DNA of 64,000 bases from Octopus sinensis (GCF_006345805.1 NC_042997.1:89900001-89964000); one strand, 5' to 3'. Numbered from the stretch's first letter, positions 24,105-38,076 are shown. Numbers and translations are program-made. The notes: generated by a model not told the origin, from the letters alone.

Positions 24105-25602
24105 TATTATATATTAGGAAACCTGGATCAACTGTTGTTGTATAGCCCTGTGTCAAGATTGAATGAGCAAATTTATGGTTGATGTCATTATGGCCCAATT
24201 TACCTTTTTTGTTCTACGAGACAGCTTATCTAGGATCACATTATCTAATGTGTACTTCATTTTTTAAGTTGACAGGGTGTCATTTGAGGAAGATTTGGCT
24301 ATTATTTCTAGTGAAGTGAATGACTGTCTCCATAAAGGTTCTCTACCACTTCTTCCCCCTCTTGAATTAGATATGATGGGAATTGTTGATTAATCAATTT
24401 GATACCAACTCACTTGAGGCTGCTCCTTATTCTATGATTTATAATGTTCACATCTAACTTTAAAACTTTCCAGTATCATTTATGTTATGTTCCAGGTAAA
24501 TAATGTATTTCATTAGACAATTTAAAGTCTCAGAAGATAAATTTAATTGTAAAGTTGTTTTTAGTTCAATCATATCTGAAATTTAATTCATATGTGCTCT
24601 AAACATTGCTTCCAGTATAATATTCTTAATCAGAATTGTTGATAAGATATGGTATCTTTTTAAAGAACTTTATCTTATTTGTGGATTAAGATTACTGTAA
24701 TTTTCTAAGATGCTTAGTTAGCAATTGTTGTGAAGAAGAAAAAATCAGTTACATTTATATGGAATAGCTAATATTGCAGTCAATATATCTTATTAGAAAT
24801 TGGTTTATATTTACCACTATATTTTATATTGTAGAATTATTTGTTGTTCTTGTTATCCAGTTCTAAGTTAGCTTTGGCCTAGTATACTTATGATCAAAAG
24901 CATTCCAGCTGTAAACATCTGATAACCTAATGTGAAAAACAAAACAATAAGGTATATGATGCGAGGAAGATCTGGCTACTATTTTTAATTAAAACTGCAT
25001 CTAAAGAGTGGTGATGATTGTTAGCATAGTTCATGCATTCTGAAAAATATTCTTCAAACAAATAGACAGTTTTCCTATTTTGGCCTGGTAACTATTTTTT
25101 TTGAATCTTGGAAGCAGTATTTTATCCTTTGTTCTCTATCACCAGTCATTTCTGTATCATCCAACAATATGTTTTCTTGACATCTCTATTCCTTGCAATG
25201 GCTATTGAAGCATTCAAATAAAATCAGAACAATGACACTAATTAGCAACACAGCTATAATGAAATGATGAATCATCTGTTTAAATCTTAGTGTTGCTCCT
25301 ACAGGTCAGGATTGCAAATGTACCCTGTGCTCTCTTTAAACTGATTGGTGAATGAGTAGAAACTATGTAGGGTTGAGAAGTCTCTTTATATTTTCTTGTT
25401 GAGGATACAAAATTTCTCCAGTGGTTTTGCTAATGTGAAACCCAGTACGTTCAGTAAAATGGTTGGTGGCAGGAAGGGCATCAAGTCATAGAAACCATGC
25501 TAAACTTGATAACGTTTAAGTGAGCTATAGTCCCCAAGTAACTTGGACCTTGACTTCCAATCCAATCTATATCAGGATGTAAAGTGGGCATAAAACATTT
25601 TC

Positions 25603-25711
<109 letters not shown>

Positions 25712-26714
25712 CACATCATCATTTAATATGTTTTCCATGCTGGTGTGGGTTGGACAGTTTGACAGGAGCTGGCAAGCTAGAGAACTGCATCAGGCTCCAG
25801 TTGTCTTTTTTGGCATGGTTTCAACAGCTGAATGTCCTTCTTAAGGCCAACAACTTTACAGAGTGTACTGGGTATTTTTTATATAGCCAACATGGGTCCA
25901 CTTCATGTGACACCAGCTCCTGTGCTTTTAATGTATCACTAGCATGAGTGCTTTTAACATGACACCAGTACAAGATATATACATGTTTGTATATATAAAA
26001 GAGTTTTATGAACATTCGAGAGAATGTGAAATGATTCTTTTTCCTTTTTTTTTCTTTTCATTTTTGAATTTTCACAGCATGCACATAAAGCTATAGATAA
26101 TAGCATGTAAATATCAGGATGAAAACTGCTTTTAGATAGCCTTCAACTTTTTCTGTCCCAGAAGGTTTTTCAACCCAACATGCTATTTGACATATAGCTT
26201 ATACATTTGATGGATTTTTTAGTATCATTGCCATTGATCTTTTGCTTGTACTAATAAGTTACTAATTAGTTTGAACTAAATGGAAGAGGTTTGATGATGA
26301 AGTGGGTTTTATAAGAAGTTACACATTGACTCTGGTTGTATTTTTCTGTCTTGTGAAACATGTTGAATTAATTGTATCATGTAGTTGTTTGTTTAGCTTT
26401 AGGTCAGCTCTGAATGAAAAAGCATATGATCAAAGACATTTGTCTCTTTTCTGTGTGCAGGGAGCTCCCAACGACATTATCTAAAATGTTCTTGTTAAGG
26501 TGGTAGGGTGTGATTTTAGTGTGACTAGGCTGCTACTTCTAGGAGATAGGGTGACTATGTAAAGACTATCATGTTGGTTTAAGTATCAGCCTGTGTACCT
26601 TAATGGTATGAAGAATCCAGTAAAGAGGTCACTACATGATTGCTCAACCTGCTCAAAATAGCAGCCAAACCTTCCTATAAAAAAAGAAAAACACACATTT
26701 GAATAATATTGTCC

Positions 26715-27025
26715 TGGAGATGTGTGGCTTAGTGGTTAGGGTGTTGGACTCATGATTATAAACTGTGTTTTGATTCCTGGACTGGGCAACACTTCGTGTT
26801 CTTGAGCAAAATACTTCATTTCATGTTGATTCAGTCCACTCAGCTATCAAACTTGAGTAACCTTGCGACAGAGTGACATCCTTCCCAGGTGGGGAATATA
26901 TCCGTCATTCCTTTCTGAGTCATACAGATTCATAGGGCCAGTTTCCTGGTTTCCAAGATGATGGAAACCAGGAAACTGGCCTTATAAGTCTGTATAACTC
27001 AGAAAGGAACTTTACTTTTTTTACT
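26715..27025 (+). mobile_element. SINE family C (tRNA head plus CORE-like tcttgagcaaaacacttc...cagtccactcagctg)
   Basis: Head tggcttagtggttagggtgttggactc. Copies at about 33985-34440, 51295-51560(+), 7400-7630(-) and 6940-7030(-). Confidence 0.78.
26908..27009. repeat. 48-bp inverted repeat with 6-nt loop
   Basis: 26908-26955 versus 26962-27009, 44 of 48 positions complementary. Confidence 0.9.
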
Positions 27026-29085
27026 TTTTATACTGTTTTAAAAAATAATATGAGAAAACACAAGATGAGATAATCATGACTGAAGTGCTTTTGATCATAT
27101 GCTGTCTCAATCTAAGTTGATCTGGGTTCAACAATAGCAACAATTTATGGTATAAAGGTTAATTTAAAATCTGTTTCGAACCTACTGGTTCATTAGGGCA
27201 TAGCTTATCTCACTTCCCTAGTGTTTAAGCAATTGAAAGTACAGATTCCTCACTAAATGTGATACCAGTCTGTCATAGAGTTTGCTGCCCACAAGTTATC
27301 ACTGGTACTTGTTTTAGCTAAGTAGACTGAAGTGCTTTGCTCAAACATACAATCATTGCCTAGTGCAAGAATTGAACCTGTGACCTAATCATTATAAGCT
27401 CAACTCATAAAGCACTACACGATGCATTTTCACATGGTATGAAGGTAACCCCTTTAATTCCTGTCTTAGGCAGACTGATTCCATGTCTTAAACCTGGTAC
27501 TATAGTGCTGAAAATAGAACAGTTATCAGTTTGCTAGTTTGTCAACAGGTTTTAAATGATGACTACAGTAGAGATGGATGGGGAGGTCTTGTTTAGTGCA
27601 ATGGCAAATGAACTCTTTAGCTGTTTTGTAATCTCACTAGAAAATTTGGCCTTCCAGAAGTAGTTGAACTTGTAGCAGTTTTGATGTATTTGGCTGTATA
27701 TATTTATGTGAAGCAAATAGAAGAGGAAGAGGTTTTGTTTAGAGCAATGGTGATTCTTCTTTTATTTTCACTTTTTTCAGTCATTAGACTGCAGCCATGC
27801 AAGATCACTTATTTATTATTATTTTTAAGTCTGATATTTATTCTATTGGTCTTTTTTGTTGAAACACTAAGTTACAGAGACATAAACAACCAACACCAGT
27901 TGTCAAATGGCAGTGAAGGGGACAAACACAAAGATGCACATACATTATATATACATACGTACTGTACATGTGAGTGTGTGTCTTTGTGTGACAGGTTTCA
28001 ACACAGTTTCTGTCTATTGAATTCACTTGCAAATGATTGGTTGCTGTGTTGTTTCAAAGTAAGCTTTAGAAAATTTGGCCACATTTGATGCATTTGGTGA
28101 ATGTTTATGGAAAGCACTTATAAGAAAAAATGGTTTTATGTTTGAGGTTAGGTGTTCTTTGTTTATGAAGTGTCTGTTGAGTAGTATTTTGATATGGAAT
28201 GGCTAAGGATAAAAATTAATTGCAGTAAAACTTGCATCCCTCACTGTAGTAATGTTGTATGAATGTGGGTGTGGATATAGTTAGAATGTGAAATTTGTTA
28301 TCAGTGTTTTGTGGGCTGTGGTCTCTTGTCATAAAATGTAGTCTGTTTAATAGACCTTATGTTTGGTTGTAGATCTCTCTACTCTCTGAATAATTATGCC
28401 AGTGAGTGCTTGGGTAAACAGTTTAGGGCCCTGGTAGATTTGATATAATCTATACTGGTTGTGTATTGTAAGTAGATTAGTGTCATGTTTTCTGAGTGAA
28501 CCTTTGTAATCTTGGGCTTTTGTTTCATATTTGCTTGTCCTGTGGAAATACTGCATTTACAAAAGGATATCTATTAAAAAAACAAACATGTATGACTAGG
28601 TTTTCCTTTACAGTGTCTTGGAGCTAGTGAATTTATTGTAAAATTTTCAATTTTGGGAATTACCTAGACATATAGGTAGGGGGAATTCTTTAGAATCTTA
28701 TTTAAATAACCATCTTTACTTTCATTTATTCCTTTGAAGTAAATGGTGTAATTATCTTTTGAAATATCTATGTGTTTTGTGTTAATGTAAAATATAGGAA
28801 AATTACTTAAAAGAACCCAAACAAATACAACAGCCAAATGAAACTGGAATATTAGTAGTATGTATTAATATGTGTGTATATGTTTCTGTGTATTTATATA
28901 TGTATGTGTATATTATTATTATTTAACAACTGTTTTCCATGCTAGCATGGGTTGGACAGCTTAATAGGAGCTGGCAAGACTAGGGGCCACATCAGGTTCT
29001 ATAGTCTGTTTTGGCTTAATTTGTACAGCAGGATGCCCTTCCTAATGCCAACCACTTTACAGAGTGTGCTGGGTGCTTTTTATGT

Positions 29086-29141
<56 letters not shown>

Positions 29142-29739
29142 TTATATTAAAGGGAAAAAAAAACAAAACAAGGCAGGACGAGTATCTCAGGTCATTTAGA
29201 ATATTTAATTTAAGTAAGGTGAATCAAAAAAGAAGTAAAAGTAATTAATGTCTTACAGCTGTTTCTGGGATATCCCAGGTGATGGGTCAACATCCAATAA
29301 CACTGGGTATTCTGTCATCAGAGACAAGGGGTGTATGCAGGAAAGTTCCAGAGAATTCACAGTATAAAGAAGAATAAAACAGTAGATAGAAGAATAAAGC
29401 TCATAGTTCATCTTGTTCCAGAGGGTATGGAGCTCCGTGAAGGCATAGCCCCTTAAGTATAATCCCAGGCAAATCCAGGCAGTATTTTGAATGACACAGC
29501 CAGATTGAAGGAATAGATCAAGTAGTTAGCATGTGAGAGAAATGGTCCACACAACTATATAATGTGAGAAAGACAAACATCATGGTAGACAGGTAAATCA
29601 GAGAGAAAATGGAGAGGTTTGTGAGTGAGTGAAGAGAAGAGAGAAAAGAAAGAGAGAATAGTAGAAATGGAGATAAAGATAAAAAAGGATAAAGAGGATA
29701 AGTATTGGAAATAAAAGGAATGAGAGCGAAGACCCAGCA

Positions 29740-30290
29740 ACTAAAGTGAGATCGCAGCCACACGTCTGACCCTGTTAAGAATACCCCTGATGCATTGTGC
29801 GATATGATGATGTGCTTTGTGCTTCAGAAGACCTGTTGAGTCAAGTAAAACCAATATCGTAGCTATGGCCAGTGCTCCCTGACTGGGTCCTGTGCTGGTG
29901 ACATGTAAAAAGCATTATCCGAATGTGGTCAATCCCATGTCTGCCTGACTGGCTCCTGTGCCTGTGGCACATAAAAAGCACCAACCGATCATGGCTAATG
30001 CCAGGACCTGCTGACTGGCTCTTGTGCCAGTGGCACATAAAACGCACCATCCGAACATGATCAATGCAAGGCCAACCTGACTGGCTCCTGTGCTGGTGGC
30101 ATGTAAAAAGCACCCACTACACTCTCGGAGTGGTTGGCATTAGGAAGAGTATCCAGCTGTAGAAACAGCGAGATCAGATTGGAGCTTGGTGCAGCTGCTG
30201 GCTCTCCAGACCTCAGTCAAATTGTCCAACCCATGCCAGCATGGAAAACGGACATTAAACAATAATGATAACGATGATGATGAAGTATAT
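29740..30290 (+). mobile_element. SINE-like family D (ggttggcattaggaagggcatccagctgtagaaac...(gat)n tail) with 4 internal tandem units of about 66 bp
   Basis: gactggctcctgtgc...taaaaagcacc repeats at 29881-30120. Approximate copies: 22970-23110(-), 25710-25960(-), 28925-29085(-), 39385-39740(-), 59455-59720(-), 60490-60765(+), 61960-62200(-). Confidence 0.8.
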
Positions 30291-32562
30291 ATAGGTGTAG
30301 GCCTGGCTGTTAGGTAAGAAATTTACTGTGTGCAGGGATGGCTGTGTGGTAAGAAATTTGCTTTCAACCTAATAGTTCTAGGTTCAGTCCCACTGCATGG
30401 TGCTTTGGACAAGTGTCTTATATTACAGCCTTGGGCCAACCAAAATCTTATGAGTGAATTTGGTAGAAAATCTGTGTGTCCCAGCACTGCTCAACAATTA
30501 GTGTTGGTGTGTCTATGTCCTCATAACTTAGCAATACAGCAAAATTGATTGATAAAATAAGTACCAGACTTAAAGAAAAATAAGTACTGGAATCGATTTG
30601 TTTGACTAAAAATTCTTGAAGGTGGTGCCCCAACATGACTGAAACAAGTAAAAGATATATGTATATTACTCATTTGCAGAGGCAACAGATTGACTCAAGG
30701 GCTGAGTCAGGTTACACTCCTCAAGTTTGATAAGTGTTAACACACAAAACTCTTGATTCTTGAGTCACTTGTGCTTTTGCTAAAGATTAATGAAAATGTA
30801 CATATACTCATATTGTGAGTTCTATTTTTTCTGTTTGCATCCCCATACATGTGTGTGTGTAAGTGTGTGTTCATCTTCACCTTGCTGCATAACTACTTTT
30901 GATTTGTTTTTTAATGCTCTTTGCACATCACTAATTTGACTGTTGGATAATAAAAGCTGCAATGTATAAGTCGTTGTCTTATTCTGTTAAGATTTCCGAC
31001 AGGATCTGTTGTTGGTTTTTGTCTGTTTTGTTTGTCCCCACCACCATTCCCTTTTACTAAGTCTAGCAACTCATATTGGATTATACTGGGACTCCAGCAT
31101 AGAAGTTTTATTAAAAAATTTTCTTTTCCTCTTCTGGATTGTGGTGCATTATGCGATTCAGTTCTTGTATAGTTATTAGATGCACTTATAGGTCCTACAC
31201 GTCATTGGTCTGAGTGGTTTTGTTCCTTATAGGACTTACATTTTGTTCTGGCTACATTGTTATTACATGGTTCAATTCTTCAACAGATGCGAATACCAAT
31301 TCTCCCTAAGTTTCTAAAATTATTCATTTGTTCAATGACTATCTAAAGTTAAAATTTCTTTCAATTGTTCTGATTTCTTACTATTCTTCTTCTAATTCTA
31401 ATTCTTCTTCTTCAACTGCTATTAGTAGTATTCACTAGCCAATCTTCTTTCCCATGCAGAGCTCATGGAATCCATATCATTATCAACAGTTTGTGCGAGG
31501 TGTCTATCCTCTTCCCTTAGGCCAGCTACATCATCAAACAGACGGAACGCAAGCGTAGGATTCGGTAACTGCTCATTCTACTCTTTCATTTAGCCGTAAT
31601 GTCTTGATCTGAAACTAAACTGCTCAATAGTAAATAAAACTGGTTGTACTTTCATCAGTTTCTCAGTCTTCCAGTTGCTTATCATTGCTTTGTGATTTCT
31701 GTCTTGTGTTGTTTGAGCAAAAAAGGAGTCTTGCTTGTTTATGCTAACATCTATCACTCATATACCTACCAATACAGTCTCTCCTGAAACTCTCTAGCAA
31801 GCAGCTCCTTTGTTTTGTTTAAAGAAAATCTGGTTAAAGTTATTAACATTTTTTTTCTTATCAAAATGTTTAAGAATAACCTGTTGATTTGCTTCTCTGT
31901 TGTCTAAACCTTCAAGTGGCAGCTGTGCTAGAGTTTAGGACAGTGCTCAATAAATCCATATTTTTTATCTTCTATTTTATTTGCATGTGAACTTACATTT
32001 TATATTTTATTATCCTAATTTCTCTCCAGCTTTGCCTAAGCTCTCTTCTCTCTCTTCACTTACTATGCAAATTTCATTTTATTTTTCTGAATCTCTTCCA
32101 ATTAGCCTTTGCTCATTTGACTTAATACTAGCCGTTCTCTCTGCGCGCACGTGCGTGTGTGTGTGTGTGTGTTTCCGTGTCCGTGTCCTTATGGTGTCAG
32201 GTGTGCTTGTACTGTATTCTGTATGTGTGTGCAGTTATGTATTACCACAATTGGTTTTAATTGTGTATGTGTATGTTTCTGTTTATGTGCTTGCACTATA
32301 TGTTTGTTGGGTGTGAAGTGTCTGTACTTGTGTATACTTGTAGTTTTTATATATATTTGTGTGTATGTGTGTGTTGATTTTTTGGGGAATTTTTATGTAC
32401 TCTTACAGCTCTGTGTATGTTAAAACGCTTTTATTTTTGTTTTTATTTGTACTTATATGTTATTATTATTGTTGGTGTTTAGTTCCAGATCTTTCCTGAT
32501 TGAACAGACTTATCTCAAAAGTGTTCCAGTGTGCGTGTGACTATATTATCCAAATTCTTTAA

Positions 32563-33644
32563 CCCTTTCGTTACCAAACCGCCCAAAGCCGCCCGAAAAA
32601 AATTTTGGTTTATGAAACCAAACCGCCCAAAGCCGCCCGAATTTACCTATTCATATTTAAATGAGAATATCAGAGCAAATCTCTTCAGTACATTCGTGAA
32701 AACACGTATTATACTTCGTAAACAGTTCAACTACAGTTTTGTACAATAATCGAAGTGTAATTTTAATTCCGTGAATTTTGGGAGATTTTTTTCCGAAATT
32801 TGTTCCTATTGTGTTTTCAAAATTTGTAATTCTGACAAAAAATGGATACGAATTTCATTATATCAAGCAGCGAGTCAGAATTCGAAGGATTTTCTACTGA
32901 AGACCTTCATAAATGTAACTCTATGACTGAAAAAAAAAAGCACATGGTATTTGATAATGAATTTGATGTTTCATTTTCCGAAAGTGAAAACAGTGAATCT
33001 GAGATTTCCGATAGCGATAAAGAAAACGAATTGGCACCTGAATGGAGTGAAAATTTAAAAACTGTTTCTTTCGGTGATTTTTCTGCAGAAACTGGACCAA
33101 GCCACAGACTTTCCCAGAAGGGTAAAGCCTTAGGCTATTTCTATTTACTTTTTCGAATGAGCCTATTTGAAATCATTACAGTGAAAACGAACCGTTACGC
33201 TAAACGTAAACAAAACGAAAGAAAGGATAGTTTGTTATTTCCCACAACCTTAAATGAAATTAAGGCCTATTTTGCCATAAATATTATTATGGGTATCAGA
33301 AAGTTACCCAGAATAACAAATTCTATCGTAAAATTTTGTTGTATACCCAATTGAATATTAGCTAATATTTTCTATAGCGATGTTTGAACAAAATTTTAAT
33401 AATTTTATATTTTGTGGAATTTACCTGTATCTACCTGCAAATAGAGTCACTTTGTGACAAAAATTATAGTATAGAATTGGTTGAGAATATTTCATTAAAT
33501 TATCTTCCAAAAATCAGATTAATATATCGATAAATAAAAAAGTTATAGTTGTTTAATGAAACCAGACTAAATTTATGATTACGTTAGAAATTAATTGAAA
33601 CACATAAGGGGTGTAATTTGGTCAGAAATATAGTAACGAAAGGG
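32563..33644 (+). mobile_element. piggyBac DNA transposon, internally deleted (1082 bp), inserted into a SINE
   Basis: TTAA duplications at 32559-32562 and 33645-33648. Perfect 12-bp terminal inverted repeats CCCTTTCGTTAC / GTAACGAAAGGG. Subterminal direct repeat accaaaccgcccaaagccgcccgaa occurs twice. The flanks are two halves of one SINE-like repeat. Confidence 0.93.
32842..33354 (+). pseudogene. Truncated piggyBac transposase N-terminus (170-aa ORF)
   Basis: Acidic Ser-rich N-terminus, then YFYLLFRMSLFEIITVKTNRYA...TTLNEIKAYFAINIIMGIRKLP, typical of the start of the piggyBac DDE_Tnp_1_7 domain. No catalytic DDD core follows. Confidence 0.85.
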
Positions 33645-33984
33645 TTAACATTTTTTTTAAGGTGGTAGGGTGTGATGTGAGGGAGATTAGGCTACTACAT
33701 CTAACAAGTTGAATGGCTGCATAGAAGATCCTTTGTTCATTTGCATGTTTTTTTGTAATATATACTTCTGGTTGGTCTTATCCTTGCTGTGTTAATAGTC
33801 TGCATGTTATTACTGTGTGAATGTAAGTGCAAATATTGTTTCAATCTGATTAACTTGTCCAGAAATCTGAAAAATGAATTGGATTTTACTAAAACATACA
33901 CAGAAGCTCAAGTCGTCTTTTATTTTCCCCATTTCCCTTTTATACTTCAATTTTCCATCTTTGTATGTAGGTAGGACAAAACTT

Positions 33985-34440
33985 AGTGTGGGAGCGCATG
34001 GCTTAGTGGTTAGGGTGTTGGACTCACAATTGTAAGATTGAAGTTTTGATCCCTGAACCAAGTGATCTGTTGTGTTCTTGAGCAAAACACTTCATTTTTC
34101 ATTGCTCTAGTCCACTCAACCGTATAAATGAGTACCATTAGAGGAAGCACGACACTTTGTGGTTAGAGTATTGGACTCACAATCGTAAGATTGTGGCTTC
34201 AATTCCTGGACCAGGTGATGCATTGTGTTCTTCAGCAAAACACTTCATGTTACCCCAGTTTACTCGGCTGTAGAAAGGAGTACCACTACTGGAAGTGCGT
34301 CACTTAGTGGTTAGAGTGTTGGATTCACAACCATTGTGATTTCGATTCCTGGACTGGATGATCGGTTGTGTTCTTCAGCAAAACACTTCATTTCATGTTG
34401 CTCCAGTCCACTCAGCTGTAGAAATGAGTTTAACCTGGAG
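33985..34440 (+). mobile_element. Head-to-tail trimer of SINE family C head plus core
   Basis: Three units of about 145-150 bp, each with tagtggttag.gt.ttgga.tcac, ttcttNagcaaaacacttcat and cagt..actc.gctgta. Confidence 0.85.
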
Positions 34441-36075
34441 AGGGATGGGCTCCGCCAGGCTTTCTCACCCTAGACGCTCTGCATGGCCGAAGTGCCCCAA
34501 CAACCCCTAAGGGGTTAAAGGACTTGTCATTGTCAGGATGATTTTGTTAATTTTTTTTACACTATCATATTTTGACACATGGCCAGCAATTTCGGAGAGT
34601 GAGTAAATCAATTACAGAAACCCAGTGTTCAACTGGTATTCATTTTATCGACCCTGAAAAAGATGAAAGGCAAAGTTGACCTTGGAATTTTAACTCAGAA
34701 TGTAAAGACAAATGAAATGCTGCTGAGTATTTTGTATGGCATGCTAATGATTCCACCAGCTCGCTGCCTTACACTTGTTTATTATTATTGCATTTGTATT
34801 TATACTCAGATGACCTTTTTCTACTGCTAACTTCTTAATTGTGAAATAGCAAAGTCATCAATAACTTGATAAAGTGAGGCAGACATAATCATATGCTTTC
34901 CATAAATCCCTGTGCAATAAAATAGTAAGGTTTGAACTCAAAACTATAAAATCCCAAAGTCCTAAACCGTAACTTGTTGATTTTTGTCTTTTATTTTTTA
35001 TTTGTCTCAGTCATTGGACTGTGGCCATGCTGGGGTACTGCCATAAAGAGTTTAGCTGAGCAAATTGCTCCCAGTATTTATTTTTTTCTTAAGCTTGGTA
35101 CTTATTCAGTCTGTCTTTTTTTACCAAACTGCTCTGTTACAGGGACATAAACAAACCAACACCAGTTGTTAAGCAGTGGTGGGGTCCAAACACAAAGACA
35201 CACACGCACACACACACACACACACTCACACACACGCACACATATGATAGGCTTCTTTCAGTTTACCAAATCCATTCACAAAGCTTTGGCCATCCTGAGG
35301 CTGTAGCAGAAGACACTTGACCAAGGTTGCTATATAGTGGGACTGAACCTTGAACCATGTGACTGAAATAAGTAAAAGATAAAAGATGTTGCATAGATTA
35401 GATTAGTTCTTCATTTATGCATCTTGTTGGAGATTTAATTTGCAAACATGCCCAAAGTCCTCTACTCTAGCATTACTACTGGTTCTATCTTAGCTTCAGT
35501 TTGGTACCCTACTCAATTAACAACTCAATATAATACCTCTATATTCTGGGAAATGAAGCATTGTCTAATGCCAGGTGTTTTGTGGTTCCTTTAATCAATT
35601 CCATACTAATTTAACTTCAGAAATCACATTATAGCAACTAAACATTTCCTCTGTGACCCCTCTCAACTTCTGGTTCTTCAACAGTATGTGTGCTCCTTTA
35701 GCAACTTCTGATGTTGTTATAGTAACCCCTACTCCTTTGCATTTACTAACTGCAGCCTAATCCCCAATTAAGCACTAACACCTACTACTGCCATATTCCC
35801 TTTGCCAAAACACAGATTGACTTCCTTTTCCATGTCTGTCTATATTTTTGCTAATCACCTCTCCATCTTTTCAAAACATCATCAGCATTACTATCTTTGA
35901 ATGCTTGTTATTGTTGGATGTGTGTTTGTACATGTGTAATTATTTAAGTATTTATAAATAAATATTTCTTGATACATGTAAAGATCTCTACAAGTTTTTG
36001 TGTATGTCTTTATATTATGTTTGTTTTATTATAATTGAGCATACATATATGAGTATATATGTTTGTATGTGTATA

Positions 36076-36142
36076 CATATATATACACACTTATATGTAT
36101 TTGTGTGTGTATGCGAACGCACACACACACACACAAATACAT

Positions 36143-36183
<41 letters not shown>

Positions 36184-36242
36184 TATACACACTTATATGT
36201 ATTTGTGTGTGTATGCGAACGCACACACACACACAAATACAT

Positions 36243-36272
<30 letters not shown>
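36076..36272. repeat. Tandem duplication of about 101 bp of a compound microsatellite unit
   Basis: atgcgaacgcacacac at 36111 and 36212, with identical flanks. Confidence 0.85.
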
Positions 36273-36273
<1 letters not shown>

Positions 36274-37593
36274 AACAGTTACAACTTTTAACTAGCAAAC
36301 AGCTGCTCTGTTGTTTTTCTTATTACTTTCATTTCATTGATTCACTCACATATTAGGTTTTGTCTTCTGTGTTTCAAAAGCAAGTGGAACATTATGAAGT
36401 GGTAATTATTAACATGATGGATGTGAGAATGATTTAGACAAACTAACTCTCCCGCCCTCTCTCTCTCCCTTCCACCATCACCCCATCCCCATTGTATCAG
36501 TGGAGCAGCTTTGCAAGCTCCTCTTCAACTGTAATTATTATGATATATCTAGCAGTGCTAATACTTCCTTTTCAATTACCTTGTCAGAGCTATTATTGTG
36601 GAACTGCTAACAATTAAAAACTTATCTAGAAAATGAAAATTACTAAATCACAACATGTAAAAAAAAAAAGAAGTAATAAATAAATAAAAGAAAACAAAAT
36701 CAAAAAATTGCAATAGACAAGCAACTTTCAAAAAAAGAAAAAAAATTAGTGTTTACTATGAATTAAATTTATACATTCCAAATGAATTGATGAACAGCAT
36801 GAGAATTTTTTGGTTTTATATTTGTTTATTAATTTGGAAACATCTTTTAATTGAAGACATTTAAAAAGAAACATTTTGTAAAACCTGTAGCCTCTAGATT
36901 ATTATGCATATATTGGAGTTAGTCACCATCATCATCATTACTATTGAAGCCCTCAAACATTTTTTTGTTTTGTTTTTTGTGATATCCAATTTTCAAAGAA
37001 GAATAAATTGGAAAGATTTGAGAGTTTATTTCTAGCTGTTTCACTCAGGGATTGACTCATTATCAATTAACTACATTCTAGTTTTATGAATCCATAACCT
37101 AATTCCTGATTATGGTTATGTTCAATTGTTTTTTTCACTTTTCATTTTTTGTTTTTTCTCGCCTTAATTCTCTTTAAATGCTCCTGTCAGTTGTTGTCTC
37201 TATTTCAACAACATTGTTTCACCAAATTGACTCAATATCCTTACCTAAATTAACCACATGTCATAGTTCTCTAGTCATTATTGTTTCATTATTGTTGTTA
37301 TTTTAGCCCTTTTCTGATTATTACTGAGGTGTTTTCTGTCATTGAAGGAAAAGCTTAGTCTTAGAGGAATGCAGTTTTGCCAGTGTTATATGTATATACA
37401 TATGTGTGTGTGTGTACGTGCGTGTGAGAGAGAGTTTGCTATAAAGAGATTATCAGAGATTCTAAGGTTTATCCTATTAGCATTTAAACCAGCCTTATCC
37501 AGCTCTAATATTCTTCCAGTCTTACCTTCAAACTGGCCATATCTGGTCTCTCTCACATCTACTGTACAATAAAGTCACATCATTAAAATTGTG

Positions 37594-37874
37594 TATTCCA
37601 CCAAATCTAACTGTAATTAGATGTCCGGTGCAAAATTGGAAAAGCACTTTTATTAGTTTGACAAGAAAATTAATAAGAAAAATAAACAAACAAAAGAATC
37701 TAGTCAGCTATGATTTAGTAATATCTCATATCGGCATGAGTAAGGGAGTCTTTGAAGAAAGAAGGTAGATAGTGAAAATTAAGCTATGGTCTGAATTTTA
37801 AAAAGAACCATCAGCTGTTTTGTCACTGACAATATATGTATATATTTCTATTGGTGGCTGGGAGTGATCATTCT
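37594..37874. repeat. Unclassified dispersed repeat, copy 2
   Basis: Colinear with 16165-16508. Confidence 0.75.
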
Positions 37875-38076
37875 TCCTTTAGCATTTAAACTAGTGATGT
37901 CTATCAGGCATGTTCAAACATGCTAAATCCAGCCTATCACACCAGCTCTGCAATGTCATTCTAAAAGTAAGCAATCACATTGTTGAAATCTCAAAGCCAT
38001 GATGTAATGCATGGTAAATTCAAAACAATGTGAACCAATGTGCATTACATTTGACAGTAATCTGAATGCTAAAGGG
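37875..38076 (+). mobile_element. piggyBac-type MITE family 2
   Basis: tcctttagcatttaaact ... gtaatctgaatgctaaaggg followed by TTAA. A further left-half fragment lies at about 37470-37590. Confidence 0.72.

Noticed and set aside
30960-31600. Possible LINE or Penelope remnant on the minus strand
   Set aside because: CpG-containing and TE-like, but I could not read a diagnostic motif.
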